Assembly (NCBI RefSeq): GCF_001194135.2
Contig: NC_068994.1
Location: 1,780,199-1,831,933 of the forward strand
DNA length: 51,735 nt
Direction of reading: 5' to 3'
Source: Octopus bimaculoides
Taxonomy: Eukaryota
The notes below the pieces were generated by a model that made no database searches, was not told the DNA's origin, and was given only the letters and a program-made list of their open reading frames with translations. Position 1 is the stretch's first letter, and the number at the start of each line of letters is the position of its first letter. The position numbers were made by a program, and so were the translations under genes. Shown piece by piece: positions 11,629-25,033 of this stretch.

Positions 11629-12476
11629 ACTCACGCACACAGATAGATAGACAGACAGATAGATAAATAGCGATATATGTAAGGTTGCATGTATGTAGGA
11701 TGAATAGGTCTATTTTACTGAACAATATTAATATTTATATTGCATTTGTGTATAATAAGTAGTATAAATAATAATAATAATAATAAATATTCCATTGTTT
11801 ATGGCTTATTATTCAATTCCTATATAGATAGATAGATACATAGATAGATAGATAGATAGATTTATACAAACATACACATACACAGAAATATGTATATATA
11901 CGTGTGTGTATATGTGTGTATAACTACCACCTTCACAATCACCACCACTGCTGGTTGTGATGGTGATGTTGTTATTGAAGATAGTTGTTAAATATAGGGA
12001 TAGTTCTCTGCTCTATTGTACAGAATGATCCCTCACTAGAGACAGGGCACCTCTATAAATGAGACCCCTCTGTAGATATATGTCCCCTTAATAGAAACAG
12101 CCCCTTCTATTGACTTGTCTCTTTCATTGAATTAACAAACAAAATTCTTCTGTATCCTCAGAAGAAAATACATAATGAAATGAAGGAAGTTCTATTACTA
12201 TGGTTCTATAGAATGAAGTAGGTGAGCTCTATAGAATTGTAATAGAATAGGTTGAGGTTTGTTTGGTCTCATAGAATGGTTGATAACAGAGGGGGCGGTA
12301 GTGGTGGGATGGTTGGCGTTGGTGTTAGTTATTCTATTGTATGTCACACTTAAATTTCACTCTATATTTTACTGTTTCTTTTTACTATTGCTGTCAATAT
12401 AATGATATCATGTGCCAGCAATTCAAACACTCTTATACATGCAAATATGAGTCTGTGTGTGTGTGAAGACACACAT

Positions 12477-12536
<60 letters not shown>

Positions 12537-13508
12537 NNNNNNNNNNNNNNNNNNNNNNNNNNNNNNNNNNNNNNNNNNNNNNNNNNNNNNNNNNNNNNNN
12601 NNNNNNNNNNNNNNNNNNNNNNNNNNNNNNNNNNNNNNNNNNNNNNNNNNNNNNNNNNNNNNNNNNNNNNNNNNNNNNNNNNNNNNNNNNNNNNNNNNNN
12701 NNNNNNNNNNNNNNNNNNNNNNNNNNNNNNNNNNNNNNNNNNNNNNNNNNNNNNNNNNNNNNNNNNNNNNNNNNNNNNNNNNNNNNNNNNNNNNNNNNNN
12801 NNNNNNNNNNNNNNNNNNNNNNNNNNNNNNNNNNNNNNNNNNNNNNNNNNNNNNNNNNNNNNNNNNNNNNNNNNNNNNNNNNNNNNNNNNNNNNNNNNNN
12901 NNNNNNNNNNNNNNNNNNNNNNNNNNNNNNNNNNNNNNNNNNNNNNNNNNNNNNNNNNNNNNNNNNNNNNNNNNNNNNNNNNNNNNNNNNNNNNNNNNNN
13001 NNNNNNNNNNNNNNNNNNNNNNNNNNNNNNNNNNNNNNNNNNNNNNNNNNNNNNNNNNNNNNNNNNNNNNNNNNNNNNNNNNNNNNNNNNNNNNNNNNNN
13101 NNNNNNNNNNNNNNNNNNNNNNNNNNNNNNNNNNNNNNNNNNNNNNNNNNNNNNNNNNNNNNNNNNNNNNNNNNNNNNNNNNNNNNNNNNNNNNNNNNNN
13201 NNNNNNNNNNNNNNNNNNNNNNNNNNNNNNNNNNNNNNNNNNNNNNNNNNNNNNNNNNNNNNNNNNNNNNNNNNNNNNNNNNNNNNNNNNNNNNNNNNNN
13301 NNNNNNNNNNNNNNNNNNNNNNNNNNNNNNNNNNNNNNNNNNNNNNNNNNNNNNNNNNNNNNNNNNNNNNNNNNNNNNNNNNNNNNNNNNNNNNNNNNNN
13401 NNNNNNNNNNNNNNNNNNNNNNNNNNNNNNNNNNNAAGCAAAATAATATATTCCTCTATACACAATCATACAAAAAAACCCACCTTTTTTGTATTTATTT
13501 TTACTCGC

Positions 13509-13600
<92 letters not shown>

Positions 13601-13844
13601 ATATGTATGTATGTATATGTGTGTATATGTATATATATATTTGGACTTTCCATCATTGCAGTCAGTATTAAGTGTAGCCAAGCTGGAGCACAACCAACAA
13701 GGTTCATATTGACTACAGCTCTTCTTTCAGCACCAGTATGTATTTCGGTATGTCCACAGCAGGTCCTTGAAGACATCTGCCAAGACAGATTTTGAAATAT
13801 GGAAATCTCAAATATATTAAAACTAGAAAGACCTCACCAGGCTG

Positions 13845-13928
13845 GTCACATGGTAGGTTACCTGGCATGTCACATGTCAGGTCAAATGGCAGGTCACCTG
13901 TGAGATCACATGACAGGTCTCTTGCTGC
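13845..13928. repeat. Degenerate 12-bp-period minisatellite (7 units)
   Basis: gtcacatggtag/gttacctggcat/gtcacatgtcag/gtcaaatggcag/gtcacctgtgag/atcacatgacag/gtctcttgctgc. Confidence 0.85.
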
Positions 13929-14064
13929 CACTCAACATGTAATGTTTGCAATGACATAATGAAATACCTGACATGAGACTTTCAAGGTAGAATTGCAGAT
14001 GGAGAGAAATTACTGCCTTATGTATCTCACTACACAGAGAGTTTTTGAATTCTGATATGTTTTC

Positions 14065-15400
14065 TTTCCCTTTTTATTTTTTTTTACTTTCTGGGTCAGA
14101 AGGATGGGGCAGAGGCCATAACCTTTATAGGCCCTTCATGATTGGTGTAGGAGTTAATATTGTTAATGTTCTGTTTCAACAGTTGCAAGAGAGAAATGAG
14201 AAGGAAGGAGAAAATTCCAGAGGGATTATATTCTAGGAAGAAAGGATTGGGAATATTGGTTAATGCAAGGCTGAGATTTTTGGAAGCACCAAAAGCAATG
14301 AAAGGACTGGAAATGTCCAAGTAGTGAAGATGCAAAAATCAGCCAACTCCAAGAAACAGATGTTAATGTAGAAACAGAAAAGACAGAAGCTAGGGTATGT
14401 CCACAGGGGATTGAATATCATTTAGTCCAGAGGTTCTTCTCTGGAGGGAGTCCAGGACATCTGGATGTATAGTAACAATAGCACCATTCCCACATGGTTG
14501 TACTACTCTCTGTTGTGGACCTCATTTGAACCTAATAGAACATCAGCAGCTGTTGGGTGCTGAAATGTTAGTAAAAGGGCCAATTTTTGGAATGCAGTCC
14601 TTGTTATCCTAATGATGTGCTTTTACCAGGTGAGAACCTTGGTGATAGTGAAACCTGGCATTTAGAGGAAGTCTGAGTGTCACTCTGCCTGAGTGTCACT
14701 CATGTTTAGAAGAGGAGCAGTACAGTTGTATTTTCTTGATTTGAGTGGTTTTAAAGTTTTTCTGTAAAAAGAAACAACACTGGCCTGGCCCCACTTTGGA
14801 GGAGGGTTTCAAGGTCCCTGTTTATGGAATGAGTGCAAACTTGGTATGAAGTGACGAGACAGTGTATGGACAATGTATGATCAGGGAAAGTTATCTGTGT
14901 GGGAATGGTTTTATAGGAGATGGTGGCAAGTAAGTCATTGGTGTATAGAAGGAGCAGAGTAGGGGACAAAACTGGCCCCTGGGTAACACTAGAGTGGGTT
15001 ATGGGTAGAGCAGAAAGGGTTCTGTCAACAGACTGAAAGATGGGAAGAGTCCATAGGCAGGGAGTTTTGACAGGAGATTCACATAGCAGACACAGTTATG
15101 TTTAGGGCATATCTCATTGCTTTCACCAAATATAATGCTAACCCACTGGTTAATGGCATAAAAGAGTAGGTCACCAAGGGATCTGGCTCTGTAGAAGCTG
15201 TAATGGTTCTCACTGAGATGAAGGAGGGATTCAAGATGTTGGAGAAATTAGAGGTGAGAGACATAAGAAGGATGTGACAGAGAAGTTACCTTTCTTTGGA
15301 ATGGGGCACATTGGTGTGTGCTTCCTTGTAGGGAGTAAGAAACTAAGGAGTTTAGCAAATATAGTAACACGCTCTGGGGTATATCATTTGAGGGTAATAA
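14065..15400 (-). mobile_element. Degenerate CR1/L2-clade LINE, RT region to 3' end, 5'-truncated
   Basis: Frameshifted minus-strand remnants: CPIPKKGNF..., SLTSNFSNIL, GDLLFYA, LLSKLPAYGL, (GPV)LSPTLLLLYTNDLL, LDSLQRR. A-rich tail near 14070-14090. Confidence 0.8.
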
Positions 15401-15575
15401 AGTTTTGATTGTAATGATATATCTGTAATATTGCCTTTCTTGTCGGCTCCTTAAGGTAGTGCTTGCTGTGGCTACCCATCCACTGGTGCTTAGCAGTGCT
15501 CTTTGTTACTTTAGTGACGTATATATTTCAGCCTGTAGGTTGTAAAATTGCAAATTAGCAACCCACATTACACAC

Positions 15576-15641
<66 letters not shown>

Positions 15642-15849
15642 CATCATCATCATCATTGTCCGCTTTCCATGTTAGCATGGGTTGGATGGTTTGACTGAGG
15701 GCTGGAAAGCCACACAAGTGTACACACACAAAGGGTCTTTCACTTAAAACCTGAGGAAACTGAAAGAAGCCTGCTATGTATCTGCATGTGTGTGTGTGTT
15801 AACATCATGCGATAGATGTCAACAATTATCATTGTCTAACATGCTATGG

Positions 15850-16020
15850 AATACTTTTCCAATCTTTCATGAAAACATGCCTGGCCATTGGGAAATATTA
15901 CCTTGGTCGGAAACAGGTGAGGGTTGGAGACAGGAAAGGCATCCAGCCATAGAAAATCTGCCTCAACAAATTAGGTCTGACCAATACAAGCATTGAAAAA
16001 TGGACAAAAAGTGGACATTC
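15850..16020 (+). mobile_element. Family-D repeat copy
   Basis: gaaaacatgcctggcc...ggaaacaggtgagggttgg..acaggaaaggcatccagccatagaaaatctgcctca aligns by eye to the reverse complement of 51300-51470. Confidence 0.7.
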
Positions 16021-16134
16021 AAGCAATGCTAATACTAAAGAGGATGGCAACAATGGATTCCTCTATTTCAAATTATGATGACTACTCAAGGAATTATTGT
16101 ATGGAGTGGCTGAGTATCCCAGTGCTGGCTCACC

Positions 16135-16447
16135 ATTGGTTATGATGATGAGAATTCCAATTGATCTGATCAATGGAACATCATGCTTCTGAAATTAACA
16201 TGCAAGTGGCTGAGCGCTCCACCAACACACTTACCCTTAATGTAGTTCTCAGGGATATTCAATATGACACAGAAGAGGACAAGGCTGGCCCCTTTGGAAT
16301 TACAGGTACAACTCATTTTTTGCCAGTTGAGTGGACCAGAGTCAGACGAAATAGAGTACCTTGCCCAAGCACACAAAACACCACCAGGAATTGAACTCAT
16401 GGCCTTACAATTGTGAGCTGAACACACAAACCACTAAGCCACACATC
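16135..16447 (-). mobile_element. tRNA-derived SINE (family C), near full length
   Basis: Reverse-complement head gtggcttagtggtt...gagttcaattcctgg (box A/B) followed by cttgggcaagg; (ATC)n-type tail at 16141-16150. The same tail motif recurs at 16613-16632. Confidence 0.7.
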
Positions 16448-16642
16448 TTCACTGCTCAGAGGTACAAAGGGTACTAAGTGGCTGCGTATCCCACAGACAC
16501 GTTTATTCATCATGATTCTTCTAGGAGAATCAGTGTGATAGAGTGTTTGACAAGACTGGACCTTTGAGTTATGAGTAAAACTCATTTGATGGGCTTCCTC
16601 ACAGTTTCCTTTGGTTATGATGATGAGAATTCAGCCACTCTA

Positions 16643-17062
16643 TTGACTGAAGGCAGCACTACCTCCTCCAGCACTTGATGTAGATCTCCATGTTCAGTCT
16701 GAGGCTATGTGGGAAGAGGAATGGAGGCATAATGTCACCATCACTAGTGATCACTCCAAACACCATGATTTTGACTGGCTGTTTGATTTTTATCACTCTC
16801 AGTACATGTCCTTAGATTGCACTGTCCACAGATTGACACCCAAACACTCTGAAATGTTTGTATTAGAGCTTCTGGCATGAATGCCAAGTAGTACAGCATG
16901 TCATTTCGAAATTTCTGGTAGAGTGAATTGCGTCATGGTGTTGTTTTTCTCACAAAAAGTACCCAACTGACCCTACTATACTGTGTAATTGACAAAATCA
17001 AAAACAAACAATGTGCATGCACGAAATATAAAATATAAAATGGTGACAATTTACCCATCACA
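16643..17062 (-). mobile_element. DD37D/maT family-1 copy, 5' half, internally deleted
   Basis: Reverse complement aligns to 1460-1860 (tgtgatgggtaaattgtcacc...cagagtgtttgggtgtcaat...gtgatcactagtgatgg...ctggaggaggtagtgctgcc). Terminal bases are lost to a (TG)n run. Confidence 0.9.
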
Positions 17063-18194
17063 TGTGTGTGTGTGTGTGTTTGTATGGATGGATGGATGGA
17101 TGGATGTAAGAAATAGTCATAATAGTGTCTCCCATTAAAAGTCCCTTGTTGAGGAAATGTCTGGCTACCAACATATTTTACAAAGGAATATATTTATGTT
17201 GACCCCCCCCCTTGACATAGCCACCACCATCATCACCATCACCCACCTACACCCTTATCCAATCTTACTTGTGTCCAGTTGTATGGATTCTGGAGTCACC
17301 TTATATATTGTAGATGTTGGTCTGTGAGTAGGGGCCAGTGCCCCTAGTTTATCCATAAATGACCAGTAGCTGACCAAGTAGTAAGTGTACCCTTGTCAAT
17401 ATCATCAGGGTTCTCCAAGGTGTTTGGCACTGATATAGTCACAGACATTGCGAGATTAAGGTAAAGAATTGCAACGGGAATGAGAAGCTTCTCAGCCGAC
17501 GCCCAACAACTCTGCCATCCGACCAAGCCAGGATAGGAACCTTTATCATCATCATTATCGTCATCATCATTGAACATACATGTTCCATGCTGGTCCAGGT
17601 TGAGTCTGGGTGGTTTCACAGGACGTGTCCAAGGGCTGCTATGTCATGGTCATCCACATTTGGATGCCCTTCTTAATTCCAACTTCCTCACAGTGTGTAT
17701 TGTGTGTTTTTCTCCTGGCACCAGCCCCAATGGGGTTGCCATGCAGCTGGCAGAGCTATGAGCACAGAATGGAGGCAGTTTCACATTAGCAAACGAGGGG
17801 TTACAACATGAGATAAGGGACCATAGTACAGCAAGTTACTTGCTGTAGTGGGGCTACATCGTTGCTCATATTTTGGAAGAGAGGAGTTTTTATCTTGGGT
17901 GAGAAGGGCTCAAGATGGAGAGTGGAGTGATAAAAACAGTGGTGATAGGGGGTTTGTGTAGACCTCCAAAGCACAAAATGTGCAGAATTGAACCAGGATG
18001 GAGAAAGTGGGATTGTAGACAGGTGGAAGGTGCTGGAGGGAATGAGGGGAGTGGGTGGAGGAGACATCTGGAATGACTGGATAGCATTGAAGAGTGGATG
18101 CAGTGAGTAGAGAGCAAGGGGTGGGTGTGACTAATGAAGCATGAGTTGTGGTGGGTAGAAAGATGTAGGATGTGTGTGTGTATTGCCGGTCATG

Positions 18195-18297
18195 TGTAGC
18201 ACTTGGGGTATCTTCTACTATACCACCAAGCCTACAAAAGCTTTGTGAGTGGCTTTGGTAGATGAAAACTGAAAGAAGCCCATCATGTATATGAGTG
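18195..18297 (+). mobile_element. Family-B SINE fragment
   Basis: cttctactata...aaagctttgtgagtggctttggtagatgaaaactgaaagaagccc. Confidence 0.8.
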
Positions 18298-19129
18298 CAT
18301 GTATATATTTATATGTGTGTCTAAGTGTTTGTGCAGATGTATATACAGACATACATGCACACAACCTTACATGCCTATACACACACACACACACATACAC
18401 AGATATAAGCACACATACACACACAAGCATTTTGACTTGTCCCATTTTTACCTCATCCAAAGACCCAGTCACCCCTTACAAAGATGTGTTTGATAAATAA
18501 TCGAAATAAATTAAATTAGACTTGTGACAATGTGAACACGGAAACACAACACATAAAGAATCTTTCATAAACTATGTTTAATGAATATATTCCTATGATT
18601 GTGGAAAGAAACTCGGGGAGAGCATAGCAGGAGGTGGTCCCCAGAGGAGAACCCCCTTCAGGCAAGTGTTTTTGGCCATATGTATTATATATATACAAAT
18701 ATATGTGTGTGTATAAATAAATACATATATATAAATATATATATATACATACATATATATATATNNNNNNNNNNNNNNNNNNNNNNNNNNNNNNNNNNNN
18801 NNNNNNNNNNNNNNNNNNNNNNNNNNNNNNNNNNNNNNNNNNNNNNNNNNNNNNNNNNNNNNNNNNNNNNNNNNNNNNNNNNNNNNNNNNNNNNNNNNNN
18901 NNNNNNNNNNNNNNNNNNNNNNNNNNNCACACACACACACACATGTATAGGTGTATAGATAGTAAGATAATTAGACAGACAGGCATACAGACTGATAGAC
19001 AGATAATAGAATTATTGTATCCAGTGTTCAGGTGCACTACATTTATTTTTTTTAATAGTTAAATCGCATAACCAGCAAAACTTTGAAGTCACTCTCAATA
19101 AATTCATATATACATATCCATATATAAAT

Positions 19130-19196
<67 letters not shown>

Positions 19197-20455
19197 CACA
19201 CATGTGTGTATTCATCTGTATGTATATTTGTGTTTTATTCTTTTCTTGCATCCTCATGATTTTCACGAAAACCAACGTGCACCCTGACATCTGTACAACC
19301 ACCACCCACTACTACCACCACCACATCAAGAAAAGCACAACAACAGCGCAAAAAGTACAACAACCACAACAATATAATCCATCATTTTGCAGTAATGTGC
19401 AAAGTTTTTACCAAAAGTGCAAACTCACCTTACATATATGCATTATAGCGTGTTGCAGCATGAAAACACAGGAAATTCTGCATTCACTGTAGCTCTTGCA
19501 ATTAATTTGTGCATCAATGTATAATAATGTCCACATGTATGCAAACACTGCATCTGTTCCTCAGATAATGCACCTGCCAAATCCTGTATGTATATATATA
19601 TATGTGTGTGTGTATGTATGTATATATCTATGTATGTGTGTTGCAGCTCTATGCTGGACACTGCACCATTTCTAAACACAAGCTGGAAAATGTGCACATG
19701 TTGTGTTTAACTTGCACGCACTGCACTTAACTCAAATAACCTGCAACAAACTTTCATGTGGTGCACCCCTCTGCAGTGAAATGCACCAAACTTTGCGCTA
19801 CTCCGTGAAGCTGTTTTACCTTGAAGTTCTATTGCTCAAACTGCATCTATAGTTCCTGTTGTCTTGAATATAGTGCAGCTGTGTTTCTATAATGTGCATC
19901 TGTTGTCCCATACACTTCAGCTGTCCTCTGTGCAGCTGGCTCCTCGTACACGCTGCAAAAAAACTGCTGACTTTACAAATACAATCTCATCTCAGCAATT
20001 TTTCACTGGAAAGAGAAGGGATGGGGGAGTGTGTGTGCCTGTGTATGTGCTTGTGTGTGTGTTTGTTTGTGTTTGTGTGTGTATGTGTTTCTGTTTGTTG
20101 GTGTGTTTGTATGTTTGTGTGTGTGCTTGTGTATTTGTGTATATCTATATTTGTGTCTGTGTGAATGTCTATATGTTTATGCTTATATGTGTGAGTTTGT
20201 GTATATTTATATAAGAGTATGTGTGTAGCTTTGTGAGTTCCCAAAGGTGTGTCTATGTAGGTTTGAAGGTGTCTAACTGTATGTCTATGAATGTGTGTGT
20301 GTTAACACCTATGTATGTGAGTGTGTGTACCTGTGTATGTCATGTCCATCAATGTGTGTATATATATATATGTGTGTGTGTGTATTACATATATATGTAT
20401 GTATATTTATATTTATATATATATTATATATGTACATACATATATATATGTATGA

Positions 20456-20498
<43 letters not shown>

Positions 20499-21170
20499 TA
20501 TATATTATATATCATATAGACACACTGACACACACTTTTGTGTGTGTGTTTACACTATATAAACTATATAGGGCAAGTGGCTGCTGTGTCACTCTGTATG
20601 AGTGTTTGTCTATATACGTCTAGACATATAATTGTGCTGGCATATATACATATATCTACATATATACATACATTTAACCAAAAAATAAGAACAGGTGTGT
20701 ATATAGCATGTATACTCTTGTGTGTTTATGAGCATGTATGCACATATGTGTAAATACAAATTTCTGTGTGTATGTGTTGATATTTCATAGAGCCATGCAC
20801 AGTTTGCATGTATGTGTTCCTGTCTCTTCTGTGTGGCATGTGAGTAGCTGGTCAGTGTATATGAGACTGTAGACATGTGGGGGTATGTATAATAGACTGA
20901 TGCTGTGTGTGTATGTGTGACCTCCTTCCTCTCTCCCTCTCTCTGTATGTATGTATAGGTGTGTGCACATTTGAGTGTCTTTGTGTTTGTGTGTGTATGG
21001 GAGAGTGATATATTTCACATACAGCAATGTGGTCAGGCTTTTTGTATGTATAAGTATATATAAACATATACATACATACATATATATATAAGTAGAAATT
21101 TTCATTTAAAGAGACAGGAATGGCTGGCATACTTGGGCCTTTGTGTATATTGTACATACACACACACACA

Positions 21171-21234
<64 letters not shown>

Positions 21235-21524
21235 TATGTATTTACATATATCTATGTATTATATATATATGTATTATATATTCATATATATGTATGAGCA
21301 TATGAGCTTCTGTATGTATGTGTATATATGTGTATAGCTATGTTTACCTCTATGTTAATGTGAATTTTTGTGTTTGTATAAAATTCATCTAGATGGGAAT
21401 TATTGTGATTGTCTATTGCTAGATATAACTGTGTATACATACATACATACATGTGTGTATGTGTATGCATGTATATATATACATATGTGTGTGAATTTCA
21501 GAAAATTATGTGTGTGTGTATATT

Positions 21525-21585
<61 letters not shown>

Positions 21586-21593
21586 TTATTTCT

Positions 21594-21940
21594 GTATGAA
21601 GCTTGCTTCCCAGTCACATGGTTCCGTGCTCAATCCTGCTGTGTGGCACCCTGGGCAAGTGCCTTCTACTATAGCATTGGGCTGACCAAAGCCTTGTGAG
21701 TGGATTTGGTAGATGGAAACTGAAAGAAGCCTGTCGTATATCTATGTGTGTGTGTGTGTGTCTTTGTGTTTGTGTTTGTCTCCCCCCCCCCCCATCCATC
21801 ATTTGTCAACCGATGCTGGTGTGTTTACTCCCTCATAACTTAGTGATTCAGCAAAGATCCTGGGATCGATTTAGTCAACTAAAGGCAGTGCTCCAGCAAG
21901 GCCACAATCAAATGACTAAAACAAGTAAAAGAATAAAAGA
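21594..21940 (+). mobile_element. Family-B tRNA SINE (CORE-like ccctgggcaagt) with microsatellite linker and tail
   Basis: agcttgcttcc..cacatggttcc...ggcaccctgggcaagtgccttctactatagc...gtgagtggatttggtagatggaaactgaaagaagcc, then the tail ...cagtgctccagc..ggcc.caatcaaatgact.aaacaagtaaaagaata. Confidence 0.85.
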
Positions 21941-22429
21941 GTGTGTGTGTCTGTGTGCGTGTGAGTGGCTGTAAGTAACCTATAACTCGTAACTCATACT
22001 AGTGACCATGGTAAGGTGGGAGTTGTATATCAATACATACACAGACACACAGACATGCATGCACACCCACACACCCACATACACACACATATTACAATAA
22101 AGTGCAATGCTCAGCCACTTACACAATATGTAGTTGTGTGTATGTATGTAATAGTCACACGCACACACTTATATAAACTCATGTGCACATACAAGCATAC
22201 ACATATACACACATAGTACAGTAAACGTACAAACACAATACTCAGCCACACACACACGCATATATATATAAACCCACGTGATGATGTGATGTCTCCGCAC
22301 TGTATCACTTGAGCAATGTCTGTGTGTGTGTGTATATGTTTGAGGCTGAGTGAGGGCTCCATGTTGGTGGTGTTTAGTGTGAGTGGAGGGGTTTGATGGT
22401 GAGGCACTCTGTCCAGATGTTTGTAGTTT

Positions 22430-22650
22430 TTGTTGTTGCCGTTTTACTTCTTTCAGTCATTTCGGGTGCAGCCAGGCTGGGGCACCACCTTGAAGGGTTT
22501 TGTTGAACAAATTGAACCCAGGGTTATATTTTCTAACTCTGGTACTTATTCTATCAGCGTTTTTTTTTTTTGTGTGAAACTGTTAGGTTACAGGGATGTC
22601 AACAAACCAACACAGGCTGTCAAGTTGTGGGGGTAATAAGCAGAAACACA
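22430..22650 (-). mobile_element. Family-B SINE tail
   Basis: ttttacttctttcagtcattt...gccaggctggggcaccaccttgaaggg...ggtacttattctatc...ttacagggatgt. Confidence 0.7.
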
Positions 22651-22733
22651 AAGACGCACACACACATACATACATTCATCATCATCATCATTCGTCTTAT
22701 GTTCACTTTTCCGCTCTTGCATGGGTCAGGCAG

Positions 22734-22889
22734 AATTTATTCAATAAAATCGCCATTGGCTTCAGCCACAACCTCCAAACGACTTCAGAATCTCCTGCAA
22801 CTCTTCTGGATGGTCTCCTTGTTTAAGTTGGTGAATGCTGCCATAATCCTTGCCTTCAGTTCATCTGTGGTGTTACAAGGAGTTTTGTT
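22734..22889 (-). mobile_element. DD37D/maT family-1 C-terminal fragment
   Basis: Near-colinear with 49778-49930; encodes ...CNTTDELKARIMAAFTNLNKETIQKSCRRF*SRLEVVAEANGDFIE*. Confidence 0.9.
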
Positions 22890-23434
22890 GTGCATACCCT
22901 AAAACATAAATATATTGAATTCTAACGACTGGCTATTAGTATTACTAAGCTTAAGTGAAATCACAATGTATATATCTTGTGGAAAAGTAAACAACATGGC
23001 AATAACAGCACCTGAAGATTAGCTAACCTGGTTTTGTGTTCGTTACAACTTAAGTAGCAAGTTTCACTTTGTTATGAAATGGTTGGTGTCTGTGTTTTAC
23101 CAGTTCCATTCCTTTTTTTTTTTTTCTATTTTTTTGATAAATGTATTTGTGTGTGTATATATATATGTATATATATATATCTGCCAAGAATTCACATCGA
23201 CCTCAAACCAACAAGACTAAACTAAAGAGACAGAGACAGGCAGAAACAAGGGAAATGACCCTTGTATTTGAATACTTTACAAATATACTTTTAAAAAACT
23301 TTTCATTTAATTTTTCCTAAAATTTATTGTTTTCCATACTTAGAGTTGAAAAAGTCTCAATGACCGAAACCAGTACTGAAATATTTTTTATGATGAAATT
23401 ATTTTTGCATTTTCTGCCTTGACTATTTTTTCCA

Positions 23435-23475
<41 letters not shown>

Positions 23476-23689
23476 TGGTAAGCTATTTGAAAATTATGAA
23501 TGATTCACATGACATTGTAATTGTTTTTATAAATTTGTTCCAGAACTATCCTGGGAACTGGGATATAAATTTTTAACCCTTGACTTGTATCTAGTTTGGT
23601 AAGTGCTAACAGACCTTGAGTCACTCTGCTACTTCTGCCAAATTTTAATAAGAAACAGATATACATACATATATATTCTTTTATTCCTT

Positions 23690-24072
23690 TATTATTTGTT
23701 TCAGTCTTTTGACTGTAGCCATGCTGGAGCACCGCCTTTATCATGCAAATTGACCCCAGGACTTATTCGTTGTATGCATAGTACTTATGCTGTCAGTCTT
23801 TTTTGCCGAACCACTAAGTTACAGGGATGTAAGCACACCAGCATCGGTTGTTAAGCGATGCTGTGGGGACAAACACACACAAACATATATATATATACAT
23901 ACATACATACAATGGGCTTCTGTCAGTTTCTGTCTACTAAATCCACTCACAAGGCTTTGGTCAGCCTGAGGCTATAGTAGAAGACACTTGCCCAAGGTGC
24001 CATGCAGTGGGACTGAACCCAGAACCATGTGGTTAGTAAGCAAGCTACTTACCACACAGCCACTTCTGTGCC
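23690..24072 (-). mobile_element. Family-B tRNA SINE, most complete copy
   Basis: Reverse complement: agtggctgtgtggtaagtagcttgc...ggttctgggttcagtcccactgcatggcaccttgggcaagtgtcttctactatagcc...; microsatellite linker; tail ending gactgaaacaaataa. Confidence 0.9.
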
Positions 24073-24949
24073 TATATATATATAAATATGTATGTATGTA
24101 TGTATGTATGTATATAAATCCAGGAGGAGATATCAAGATGTGACAAAAACAAACCTTAAACTTTTGAATTGGAAAAATCAATTTTTAGGAAACATTTGCA
24201 TTGGACTGATCAGAGTGATGTGGTACAATCAAGAAATGTTGTAAAACACTTAAACAGAACAGAATTCAATATGCGAAAATAAAAATGGAGTACAGGTCTT
24301 CTTGAGTACAAGAGGGTGCCAAAACATTTTAGAGGATATTTTATAACTCAGAGATTACATTTTCAAAGGAAAAGATGTCTTTATTACAGTTGGATTGTAA
24401 CATGATATAGCATTTCTGATTCTCTAAGTCAATGATGTTATGTTATATAGTTGTAGCAAATTGTATAAGATCACTCTTTTTACCTTTGTACATCGATTAC
24501 ATCTATTATTACCATTTTGTCTTGCTTTGACTTTTCAACAATTTGTTAGTTGATGTTATAGCTTTAAGCATTTACTTTCATTGATCAGTTTCATGTCATT
24601 ATGCTTTGCACTATTTTTGAATGAAGTTGTATGGTAATAAAATCTCTTCTTTAAATTTCTTTTGAGCCACTGAATAACAACCTCTATTTAGCTGGCATTC
24701 AGTGCTGATATCTTTTCATGAACAATTAGTCTTGCTAAATACAGCAGCCTTTTAGGGTATAATATTCTTTATGTTAACAATGCACCTAAAACTTAAAGTA
24801 ATATTTATGTCTGTTTTATAGTTTCTTATACTTATAGCTTGTGAGGAAGTGCTTATCACTTAAAGTTTGGAAGGTTTGTACTATGTTGGACTTGAATATT
24901 CATGAGAATGAGAGGTAAACAAAATATTTCAGTGACTCATTTTTTGAAG

Positions 24950-25033
24950 AAGATACTTGCCTGGGGCGACAGGTAGTTGGACTGAACTCCAAATCATGTG
25001 GTCATGAAGCAAACTTCTTACCACACAGCCACC
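24950..25033 (-). mobile_element. Family-B SINE head
   Basis: Reverse complement: ggtggctgtgtggtaagaagtttgc...ggagttcagtcc...ccccaggcaagtatctt. Confidence 0.75.

Noticed and set aside
11377-11690. ~140-bp duplication on both sides of gap 11516-11539
   Set aside because: Identical unique cores with differing microsatellite lengths, consistent with overlap or haplotype artefact.
16173-16394. 73-aa ORF MEHHASEIN... and 113-aa ORF 38197-38538
   Set aside because: The first lies wholly within a SINE; the second has no recognisable domain or splice support.
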